Below are positions 32,838 to 40,982 of a stretch of 64,000 nucleotides of DNA, one piece after another. The stretch is taken from the NCBI GenBank assembly GCA_038318785.1, contig JBBQCO010000003.1, forward strand, positions 1,761-65,760. Direction: 5' to 3'. Both the position numbers and the translations under genes were made by a program. The stretch is from Desulfobulbales bacterium. GTDB lineage: Bacteria; Desulfobacterota; Desulfobulbia; Desulfobulbales; Desulfobulbaceae. The stretch's first letter is position 1. The number at the start of each line of letters is the position of its first letter. Under the pieces are notes generated by a model. That model saw only the letters and a list, made by a program, of their open reading frames with translations. It did no database searches and was not told where the DNA came from.

Positions 32838-33389
32838 ATGCAAATAAGTCGATCAGAGCAGAAAAGACGCATCAAGGAGATTGAGAAACTCGTCTCTGAG
32901 TTGGTGGCTTTGCCACCTCAGGTGCTCGGCCAGACCCCGGTTCCGGAGGAGCTGCGGGAGATGCTGCTTGAAACGGCCAAGCTGCAGGGCAGTGTTAAAC
33001 AACGCCAAGTGAAATACCTCACCAAGCTGGTGCAGGAGCATCCTCTCGAAGATCTGTACGCATTGGTTGGCAGGCATCGCGGCAAAACTCTGTCGGCCCA
33101 AAAGCAGTTGCACACACTGGAATTCTATCGCGATGCTTTAGTCAATGAAGCTCTGGAAAAACAGCGAATTAGTCGTCAAAACAACGCGGAGTGGGGAGAG
33201 AGCTGGGCAAGCGATACCCTGATTGAACTCAAAAATCACTTGCCGGAGATAGATGAGCTTACCCTTTCCCGGCTCTCCTATCTGTTCTCCCGTACCCGAA
33301 ATCCTCGATACAGTCGGGAAATTTTCCGCTACCTCCGTGCCGTGCAGGAGTTACAGCAACGAAGCAGTCGGCAGCCTGAAGAGGCATGA
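32838..33389 (+). CDS. DarP/YjgA (DUF615) ribosome-associated protein
   Basis: SRSEQKR...L...L.AL, RQVKYL.KL, SREIFRYL. Confidence 0.75.
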   Translation: MQISRSEQKRRIKEIEKLVSELVALPPQVLGQTPVPEELREMLLETAKLQGSVKQRQVKYLTKLVQEHPLEDLYALVGRHRGKTLSAQKQLHTLEFYRDALVNEALEKQRISRQNNAEWGESWASDTLIELKNHLPEIDELTLSRLSYLFSRTRNPRYSREIFRYLRAVQELQQRSSRQPEEA

Positions 33390-33532
33390 TTCCGAATCAG
33401 GAATCGATCAGGGTTTTCTTCTTTCGTCGTCAGGCCGACAGGGTAAGCAAGCGTTTCTCAATGTTTCTGTGCCTCTTTTTTTTAAGAGGTTGAGACTGAT
33501 CAGTCAGTTCGCCCACCAATCCTGGAGTCCGA

Positions 33533-34444
33533 TCATTCCATCTGTCTTATTTTCCTGGCATAGGTGGCTGCCTCCATTCCGGCAACACACCCCTCCCCCA
33601 CGGCCTTGGCCATCTGCCAAGGCGGTCCGACAATGTCACCTGCAGCATAAATGCCTGTAATATTGGTTTCCTGTTGTCGGTTGGCGGCAATGTACTTGAA
33701 CGATTCCGTGTCGAGCTGTACGCCAACTTGGGTTGCAAGCTCCAATGCACCCTTGGAACCCAATTCGATGAAAATGCCTTCTGTTTCTAAGGATTGGCCA
33801 TTAGCCAGCAGTAACGAGGTAACTACCCGGTCACCGTTGATCTGTTTGATTGAACTGGCAACGTGTTCGACCTTGCTCGCCTCCAGTCGGGCCAACAATT
33901 CTTTCGAGACGTGGAGTTCTTCCGCAACGAGATAAACTTTGGAGGCATAATCAAGCAGAGTTAAAGCGCCGTCCACAGCAGCACTGCGGTCACCGGTGAC
34001 GGTTACGACTGCACCCCGGTAAAAATTGGCGTCACAATCCACGCAATAAGAGACCCCCCGGCCGGAAAGCTCTTTCTCGCCGGGAACACTGAGTTTCTTT
34101 TTTGATACACCCATGCAGAAAATAAGGGAACGAGCGGTGATGCTCTTACCGCTTTCCAACTCCAGATGAAAAAGGTTTTCTTCCTGGGAAATTTTCAGTA
34201 CGTCTTCGGCCGAGGTCTCAGCCCCAAAATTTTTGGCCTGCTCCAGGCCGACGCGGAGGAGATCGGCTCCCGTCGAAATACCGGCAACAAAGGCGTAATT
34301 TTCGACATGGGCGTTATAAAGAGCAGAATTTTCTATACGTCCCAGCACCAAAACCCGGGTTTTTTTCCGGGAGGCATGAATGGCGGCCTGTATGCCGGCC
34401 GGTCCGGCTCCTATGATGACGACATCGTACGTCTGTCCTGACAT
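33533..34444 (-). CDS. Thioredoxin-reductase-like flavoprotein
   Basis: GAGPAG FAD site, GVSYCVDCD, TNITGIYAAGD. Confidence 0.88.
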   Translation of the reverse strand: MSGQTYDVVIIGAGPAGIQAAIHASRKKTRVLVLGRIENSALYNAHVENYAFVAGISTGADLLRVGLEQAKNFGAETSAEDVLKISQEENLFHLELESGKSITARSLIFCMGVSKKKLSVPGEKELSGRGVSYCVDCDANFYRGAVVTVTGDRSAAVDGALTLLDYASKVYLVAEELHVSKELLARLEASKVEHVASSIKQINGDRVVTSLLLANGQSLETEGIFIELGSKGALELATQVGVQLDTESFKYIAANRQQETNITGIYAAGDIVGPPWQMAKAVGEGCVAGMEAATYARKIRQME

Positions 34445-34817
34445 GTGTGGCTCCTTTTTGCGAGATAATTCGAGGAAGGGATTTCGCCACCAATGATGCC
34501 TTTCGGTCGTTACGAATCCCTAGCGATTTGTACAGCATCTCCAGATCAAGGTCGACAGAATTATTGATTTCGTATACAATTCGAGGTTATTGTGATCGAC
34601 TTCTCCAATCGATCCAGCCCTTGCATCGAAGGCAGACCTAATGTGCGCACCCTCTCTTTTGGCCCGCTTGCAGATCTTGCCATAACCGGCAGATCATCGG
34701 TTGCAGAGCGGGTTGTGTTTTGTGCACTTGTTTCGGCTGCGTTGAACCGGGTAAGAAGGCTCTTTCCCGCTGGTTGTTGGGAACAACGCAAGATTAATAT
34801 CAACAAGAAGGAACGTC

Positions 34818-35510
34818 GTGGATTTATCTATCTTTGAAATTATGAAACATGCCGGGATGATGGGCAAATTGATCATGCTCATTCTGCTCATTTTCTCGGT
34901 TATTTCATGGTCCATTGTCATTATGAAATTTCTCATGTTCAGGAAGGCACGGAACGCTTCCTTGGATTTTCTCGATGCTTTCTGGGACAGCAAAACCTTG
35001 AACGAGGCCCACGAGGCAGCTCGGGAATTTCCACTCAGCCCCGAAGCCACGGTTTTTGTTACCGGATACAATGAGTTGAAAAAGATCAGCGCCGCACGGA
35101 GCACCGGACAAACCCCAGTCACCTTGGAGATGCAGTTGGCGACCATGGACAACCTCAAGCGGGCGGTTCGAAAAGCCCAGTTTCTCGAGTCTGATCGCTT
35201 GGCCAATTCGCTTGCTATTTTAGCTACCACCGGCAGCGCTACCCCGTTCATTGGTCTGTTTGGCACCGTTTGGGGCATTATGGCCTCTTTTCAGAGTATC
35301 GGCGAACGTGGGTCAGCCTCATTGGCGGTTGTTGCTCCGGGTATTTCCGAAGCGCTCGTAGCCACCGCCGCCGGTCTTGCCGTCGCTATTCCGGCTGTTA
35401 TTTTCTATAACTATTTTGCCAATAAGGTCGCCGAATTCGATTCCAATGTGGAGAGTTTCAGCACGGATTTTATCAACCTGATTGAAAGAGACATTCTCAC
35501 CAGGACGTGA
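34818..35510 (+). CDS. tolQ: TolQ
   Basis: PFIGLFGTVWGIM, VAPGISEALVATAAGL. Confidence 0.94.
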   Translation: MDLSIFEIMKHAGMMGKLIMLILLIFSVISWSIVIMKFLMFRKARNASLDFLDAFWDSKTLNEAHEAAREFPLSPEATVFVTGYNELKKISAARSTGQTPVTLEMQLATMDNLKRAVRKAQFLESDRLANSLAILATTGSATPFIGLFGTVWGIMASFQSIGERGSASLAVVAPGISEALVATAAGLAVAIPAVIFYNYFANKVAEFDSNVESFSTDFINLIERDILTRT

Positions 35511-35514
35511 TTGT

Positions 35515-35940
35515 ATGGGACCGTTAGGAAATAATAGGGGCAAGCGGGGTTTGGTTGCCGATATCAACGTCACGCCTCTTGTTGATGTCATGCTTGTTTT
35601 ATTGATCATATTTATGGTTACCGCCCCAATGATGACCCAGGGGCTTGAGGTTGATCTCCCGGAAGCCACCACCAAGGCGCTTCGCCAGCAGGAAGAGCCT
35701 CTGGTGGTGACGATCAAAAAAGAAGGGGATGTCTATCTCAAAAAAGAAAAAGTCACCTCCCTTGCCTTGCAGCAGCAGTTGCGTGACATGCCGCCAGAGG
35801 TAAAAAAACAGGGGATATTTCTCCGTGCAGATAAAAATGTACCCTACGGCGTGGTGACATTGGCCATGGCCGATATCCATGCCGCAGGATTCGAAAAGCT
35901 GGGAATGATCACCGTGCCGGCTGAAAAAGGGAAGCAATAG
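35515..35940 (+). CDS. tolR: TolR
   Basis: INVTPLVDVMLVLLIIFMVTAP. Confidence 0.93.
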   Translation: MGPLGNNRGKRGLVADINVTPLVDVMLVLLIIFMVTAPMMTQGLEVDLPEATTKALRQQEEPLVVTIKKEGDVYLKKEKVTSLALQQQLRDMPPEVKKQGIFLRADKNVPYGVVTLAMADIHAAGFEKLGMITVPAEKGKQ

Positions 35941-35957
35941 GGACTGGTTGGACAGCT

Positions 35958-37124
35958 GTGCATTATACCGAAGCAGAATTTTTTCTCCAGCAGCAGGAGG
36001 CTGATCGACGATGGTGGCTGGCCTCGACGCTGGCTATTGGCGTGCATGTGGCTGTTGTTATGATGGTCATGTTTATGCCTTCTCTTTTTGAGGTCACACC
36101 CATCATCGAGGAAGTGGTCTCCGTGAGTCTCGTTGCTATGCCGGATTCCGGTGGTGCCGCGTCCCCGCCGCCTGCGGCAGCCACTAAGGCCAGCCAACCC
36201 GTTGCCGAGAAAAAAGTTGAGCCTCCTCCTCCGCCCCCCCCTCCACCTGAACCGGCTACCCAGCCAGAACCGGTAGCGCCGCCTGAACCCGTTTCTCTGC
36301 CATCGACGCCGAAGGAAAAAGTTGCGGTGCAACCTGAAACCGTTGCCCCTGAACCTGTTGAAACAAAAAACCCGATTTCCCTTGCTCCCGATAAACGAAA
36401 GATCAAGAAAGCCCAGGATACCCGGCTGGAGGAGGAGAAGGTGAAGGAGCGCGAACAGGAACAGCGCAAACAGGAAGAGAAGGAACTGCAGAGAAAGATC
36501 GAGGAACGCAAGCGGGAAGCGGATCAACGGAAACAGGAAGAGAACGAGCTGCAGAAAAAGATCGAGGAGCGTAAGCGCGAAGCCGAACGCAAGGAAACCC
36601 AGCGGCGTGAAGATGAGCGGCAGAAGGTCATCGCCCAGGCTCGGGCGGAACAGGCCAAAGCTGAAAGCGAGGCGCGTGCGGCTGCAGCCGAAGCTCGCGA
36701 GCTTGCCGCGCAAGCCAATGCCGCTGCCAATGCTGCCGCGGCTGTTCGTGCCGACGCCGCTCGAAAGTCGCAGGCCATGCAAAGTGCGGTCACGGGCGGC
36801 TCCGCCGGTAGGCAACATGCCCAATCGATTGTTGAGCAGACCTACTGGGGTGCTGTGGCGCAACGGGTGAAGACCTTCTGGGTCTTGCCGGAAATGCGAA
36901 AGTGGGATGCGGGTCTGCTTGCTCAAGTGGTCATTACCATCAATAAAAATGGCGAGGTGACCAATATTCAGTTCGATCAACGCTCGAAAGATCCCCTCTT
37001 TGACCAGTTGGTGGAAAAAACCATAAAGAGTGCGACTCCGATGCCTCGTTTTCCGGCGCTGATGCAACAGGAAACGACTGAAGTCGGGTTTAAATTCAGA
37101 CCCGGTGAGCTTGGCAATCTGTAA
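35958..37124 (+). CDS. tolA: TolA
   Basis: N-terminal TM with His, Pro-rich and charged coiled-coil linker, TonB-C-like end; position in tol operon. Confidence 0.88.
   Translation: MHYTEAEFFLQQQEADRRWWLASTLAIGVHVAVVMMVMFMPSLFEVTPIIEEVVSVSLVAMPDSGGAASPPPAAATKASQPVAEKKVEPPPPPPPPPEPATQPEPVAPPEPVSLPSTPKEKVAVQPETVAPEPVETKNPISLAPDKRKIKKAQDTRLEEEKVKEREQEQRKQEEKELQRKIEERKREADQRKQEENELQKKIEERKREAERKETQRREDERQKVIAQARAEQAKAESEARAAAAEARELAAQANAAANAAAAVRADAARKSQAMQSAVTGGSAGRQHAQSIVEQTYWGAVAQRVKTFWVLPEMRKWDAGLLAQVVITINKNGEVTNIQFDQRSKDPLFDQLVEKTIKSATPMPRFPALMQQETTEVGFKFRPGELGNL
36462..36587 (+). repeat. 63-bp (21-aa) tandem duplication inside tolA
   Basis: QRKQEEKELQRKIEERKREAD / QRKQEENELQKKIEERKREAE. 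Confidence 0.85.
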
Positions 37125-37189
37125 GAGATCGTGTATATACAAAAGGCTTAATATCTCTCTTCCTTCTAAACATCTTTTCACAAACGGTT

Positions 37190-38467
37190 ATGATGCATAA
37201 ACGACATGTTACAACGGTCCTGGCTCTGGTCGCGTGTTTTTTTGTCTGCTCTTTGACAAAAGAGAGCATGGCGGAGCGTGCATACTTTGACATCACCGCC
37301 TCTGATGTGCGCAAAATCATGGTGGCGGTCCCCAATTTTTCTGGAGATGGCCAGGGGCCATCGGTTGCGCAACTGCTCACCAAGGGGTTTGCCCTGCATG
37401 GATTTATCAGCGTCATTGATTCGAGTCGGTATGGCGGCGGTAAGGATGGCGATTGGAAGAGCCTGGGGGCCGATTATGTGGTCATGGGGCAGGTGGGTGC
37501 TGACCCCGCCGGCATCGTGATTGAGGGACAAATTCTCGATGTCGCCAGCAATAAGCTCCTCGCCGGCCGGCGCTATAAAGGAGCTGCTGCTCAGCTCGAA
37601 GATATGACCTTGCGGCTTTGCGATGCCTTAATTGAGGATTTCACCGGAGAAATGGGTGTCGCTCGAACCCGCATGGCCTTTGTTTCCGACGCCACCGGCC
37701 GGAAAGAGGTGTACATCACCGATATCCTCGGTCGACACCCTCGTCAGGTGACCAGCCATCGGGCCCTTTGTGTGTCTCCCCGTTTTACCCCGGACGGTAA
37801 TTTCCTGGCCTATTCCACTTACCACCGTGGCAACCAGGATCTCTACATTACCGATCTGCGGCAGAATGCCAGTACCAATGCCCTTTCCCGTCGCAAAGGG
37901 CTCAATCTGGCACCCGCCTTTGCTCCTGATGGCCGCAGTATGGTGCTCACGTTAAGCAAGGGAGGCAATCCCGACCTGTACAGCATGGATCGGCAAGGGG
38001 AGAGTCTCCAGCAGTTGACCTCCGGCGCTGGAATTAATGTTTCACCCTCCTTCTCCCCCGATGGCCAGTCGATCGCCTTTGTTTCCGATCGTAGTGGCAA
38101 ACCTAATGTGTATGTCATGAGCCCGACTGGCGGGCAGGCTAAACGGTTGACCTTCAAAAACTCGGAAAATAGTGAGCCGGCTTGGTCACCAAAAGGCGAT
38201 GAGATCGCTTTTACCGGCCTGCAAGGCGGGGCATATCAGCTTTTTGTCATGGACCGTAACGGAGGCAATGCACGCCAATTAAGTGCCGGGGGAGGGAATT
38301 ATGAATCGCCCACCTGGTCGCCTGATGGCCGCTTGATAGCCGTTACCCGGAAAAGCGGCAGCCACTCTGAAATTTGTGTTGTCAGTAAAAACGGTAAAGA
38401 TGTTCGGACCCTCTTTACCCTGAAAGGAAACCAATCCTATCCGCAATGGTCCGGCCGTTTGCCCTGA
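37190..38467 (+). CDS. tolB: TolB
   Basis: Signal peptide, PD40 repeats (P.FSPDG, P.WSPDG). Confidence 0.93.
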   Translation: MMHKRHVTTVLALVACFFVCSLTKESMAERAYFDITASDVRKIMVAVPNFSGDGQGPSVAQLLTKGFALHGFISVIDSSRYGGGKDGDWKSLGADYVVMGQVGADPAGIVIEGQILDVASNKLLAGRRYKGAAAQLEDMTLRLCDALIEDFTGEMGVARTRMAFVSDATGRKEVYITDILGRHPRQVTSHRALCVSPRFTPDGNFLAYSTYHRGNQDLYITDLRQNASTNALSRRKGLNLAPAFAPDGRSMVLTLSKGGNPDLYSMDRQGESLQQLTSGAGINVSPSFSPDGQSIAFVSDRSGKPNVYVMSPTGGQAKRLTFKNSENSEPAWSPKGDEIAFTGLQGGAYQLFVMDRNGGNARQLSAGGGNYESPTWSPDGRLIAVTRKSGSHSEICVVSKNGKDVRTLFTLKGNQSYPQWSGRLP

Positions 38468-38554
38468 GGGGATGCGACAAAGAAGGATATTCGCCCTCCG
38501 CGCTATCCTCTGTAACGAGCCGATTATCTTGATGGCCTCTGAGAGAAAGGGAGT

Positions 38555-39733
38555 ATGAGCATTATGAAAACCATTAAAAATATCGCACTGGCCGGTTGTT
38601 CGCTGCTGTTGTTAACTCAATGCGCCTCGCAGGATGAGGTGCAAAATCTGCAGTACCAACTTCGGGCGGTTAATCAGAAGCTTGAGGACGTCAAAAGCAC
38701 CACCGTCAACCAGATGCAAAAAAAACAAGCCAGTTCTGTGAGCAAAATTGATCAGGTTGAGGATGAAACCCTGAGAATTAAATCGAGTATAGAGGAAAAC
38801 GCCAGCCAAACCAGCCAGTTTCGTGACCATGTAAATCAAAACATCTCCAAAGTGCAATCCTCGGTTGATACGATGAAGGCCGAGCAGGATGCCAAGATTT
38901 CTGAGCTCAATCAGAAGGTAGCGGTTCTGGAAGAAAAGCTGGCCTTGGTGAGCGAGAATTTCAGCAAGGCCCAGCAGGACCGGATCACCGATGCTGAAAA
39001 ACGGGCACAGGCCGCCTCGCAAAAGGCTGAGGCCGCCAAACAAAAGGCTGCCCAGGCGAGTGCCGCCACCGTCACCCCGCCGCCGGCTCCCCTGACTGTA
39101 CCGCCGGCTGCTGCCACAACTACTGCCGGCGTGGTTAAGGTGAACCCCGATACCAAGAAGACCAAGGTTGCCGCCGTAGCACCAGCAGTCGAGGCTGCTC
39201 CGGCTAAAAAGACGGCTGAACCAGCAAAAGAAACGGCTGCCGTTCAACCTGCTTCAGGAAAAAGCGCCAGTGCCACTCCCGCCACCGCCGGGAAAAGCGC
39301 CAGCCCTGCTCCAGCTCCCGTCACCGAGAAAAGTGCGGCGCCTGCTGCTGCCCCGGCTGCCGCCGCTTCTTCCGACCCCTTTTCTCAAGGGATGAACCAG
39401 TACAAGGCAAAAAATTACAAAGAGGCCTATAAATCTTTTGAACAGTCGCTTTCGGCCAACCCTAACGGGTCTCAAGCTGCCAAGACCCTGTATTATATGG
39501 GGGAAACCTTGTATAGCCAAGGCGAGTATGATCTCGCTATTCTCGACTACCAGAAAGTTATTTCTAACCACGGTAAAGACGCCCTCACCCCTGGCGCTCT
39601 CCTCAAGCAGGGCATGTCTTTTGAGAAGCTGACCGACCAAGAAACGGCGAAAATCATCTATAAAAAATTGATCAACGACCATGGCGGCAGCGCCGAAGCA
39701 ACACAGGCCAAGGAAAGATTGGGTAAACTGTAA
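38555..39733 (+). CDS. cpoB: CpoB/YbgF-like TPR protein with long Ala/Pro linker
   Basis: Lipoprotein-like signal (LLTQC), coiled coil, C-terminal TPRs (YYMGETLY...ALLKQG). Confidence 0.8.
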   Translation: MSIMKTIKNIALAGCSLLLLTQCASQDEVQNLQYQLRAVNQKLEDVKSTTVNQMQKKQASSVSKIDQVEDETLRIKSSIEENASQTSQFRDHVNQNISKVQSSVDTMKAEQDAKISELNQKVAVLEEKLALVSENFSKAQQDRITDAEKRAQAASQKAEAAKQKAAQASAATVTPPPAPLTVPPAAATTTAGVVKVNPDTKKTKVAAVAPAVEAAPAKKTAEPAKETAAVQPASGKSASATPATAGKSASPAPAPVTEKSAAPAAAPAAAASSDPFSQGMNQYKAKNYKEAYKSFEQSLSANPNGSQAAKTLYYMGETLYSQGEYDLAILDYQKVISNHGKDALTPGALLKQGMSFEKLTDQETAKIIYKKLINDHGGSAEATQAKERLGKL

Positions 39734-39742
39734 GAGCGGCTG

Positions 39743-40555
39743 TTGACGGCGGGGACAAAAAAACAGCGGCTTGATCTCCTGATCTTTGAACGGGGATTAG
39801 CGGACAATGTTGACCTGGCCCGACGGTTGATAGGCGCGGGCAGTGTTCAGGTTGAAAATCGGGTCTGTGACAAAGCGGGAACACTTGTTGATCCAGCCTG
39901 TATAATAGCAGTCAAAACCACCAAGCGGTTTGTCAGTCGTGGCGGCGATAAACTTGAAGCCGGTCTCCGGGGCACAGAGGTGAACCCCCTAGGGTACACC
40001 TGCGCTGACATCGGTTGTTCAACCGGCGGTTTCACCGATTGTCTGCTGCAGCATGGGGCGAAAAAGGTGTACTGCGTTGATGTCGGTTATGGCCTCCTTG
40101 ACTGGAAACTGCGACAAGATGGTCGGGTCGTTGTCCTTGAACGCACCAATGCCCGTCACCTGACCAGACAACAGATGACCGAGCCCCTTGATTTGGCCGT
40201 GATCGACGCCTCGTTTATCTCGTTGGAACCGCTTCTCGCCCCCTTACTGCCCCTTTTCCGGGACGCAATTCGAATTTTGGCGCTTGTCAAACCGCAGTTT
40301 CAATTGCCCCGAGAAATGGTGGGGCCGGGCGGCATTGTTGCAGATGCCGTCTTGCACCAACAATCGCTGGCAATGGTCAGGCAGTTCGGTCAAAATTTGG
40401 GGCTGCGCTGTGCGGGTATTGTCGCCTCGCCCGTCCGAGGTGCAAAAGGGAACCAGGAATTTTTTATGTTATTGACCAATTCTTCCGAAGGGAAGAATGA
40501 AGAAATGAATACTCTGGAACAAGGAGATTGTGATGTTGTTTCGACCACTGATTAA
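39743..40555 (+). CDS. tlyA: TlyA-family rRNA 2'-O-methyltransferase
   Basis: S4 domain, VSRGGDKL, DIGCSTGGFTD, LVKPQF, GN.EF. Confidence 0.93.
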   Translation: MTAGTKKQRLDLLIFERGLADNVDLARRLIGAGSVQVENRVCDKAGTLVDPACIIAVKTTKRFVSRGGDKLEAGLRGTEVNPLGYTCADIGCSTGGFTDCLLQHGAKKVYCVDVGYGLLDWKLRQDGRVVVLERTNARHLTRQQMTEPLDLAVIDASFISLEPLLAPLLPLFRDAIRILALVKPQFQLPREMVGPGGIVADAVLHQQSLAMVRQFGQNLGLRCAGIVASPVRGAKGNQEFFMLLTNSSEGKNEEMNTLEQGDCDVVSTTD

Positions 40556-40982
40556 AAGCATACCGATGAGTTTGCTGGCCTCTGCTTTTGCCCTGACTTC
40601 AGCTCTTGCTGGAGAGTATGTGAGCGTCATCAAGGACGGGGTCAATTTGCGCTCCGGTCCCAATACCAACGCCGAAATCCTTTTTCAATTGCCGGTCGGC
40701 TATCCGTTGGAAATACTCAGCAAAGAAGGGCAATGGCTGAAGGTGAGCGATTACGAGGGCGACAAAGGGTACATCACTGAGTCGCTGGTTGATAAATCAT
40801 CCCATGTGATCGTCAAGGTGAAGGAGTGCAAGGTCCGCAGCGGCCCGAGTGCCAAGGATCAGGTCGTGGGCAACGGCGTCAAGGATGTCATTTTCACCAA
40901 AATCGAGCAGAAAGGCGATTGGATAAAAGTGACCCATCCCGACCTCACCGGCTGGGTGCATAAAGACCTTGTCTGGCCCTGA
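40533..40982 (+). CDS. Secreted tandem bacterial SH3-domain protein
   Basis: Signal peptide, two (N/K).RSGP...W..V...G(W/Y) repeats. Confidence 0.85.
   Translation: MLFRPLIKSIPMSLLASAFALTSALAGEYVSVIKDGVNLRSGPNTNAEILFQLPVGYPLEILSKEGQWLKVSDYEGDKGYITESLVDKSSHVIVKVKECKVRSGPSAKDQVVGNGVKDVIFTKIEQKGDWIKVTHPDLTGWVHKDLVWP

Noticed and set aside
34445-34817. Possible ncRNA or small ORFs in the trxB-like/tolQ intergenic region
   Set aside because: No recognisable 6S, SRP, tmRNA or RNase P features, and the short ORFs lack motifs; most likely divergent promoters.
35844-37181. Long antisense ORFs over tolA (and similar ones at 6138-7055, 7617-8492, 47990-49078)
   Set aside because: These are shadows of well-supported plus-strand genes with biased codon usage.
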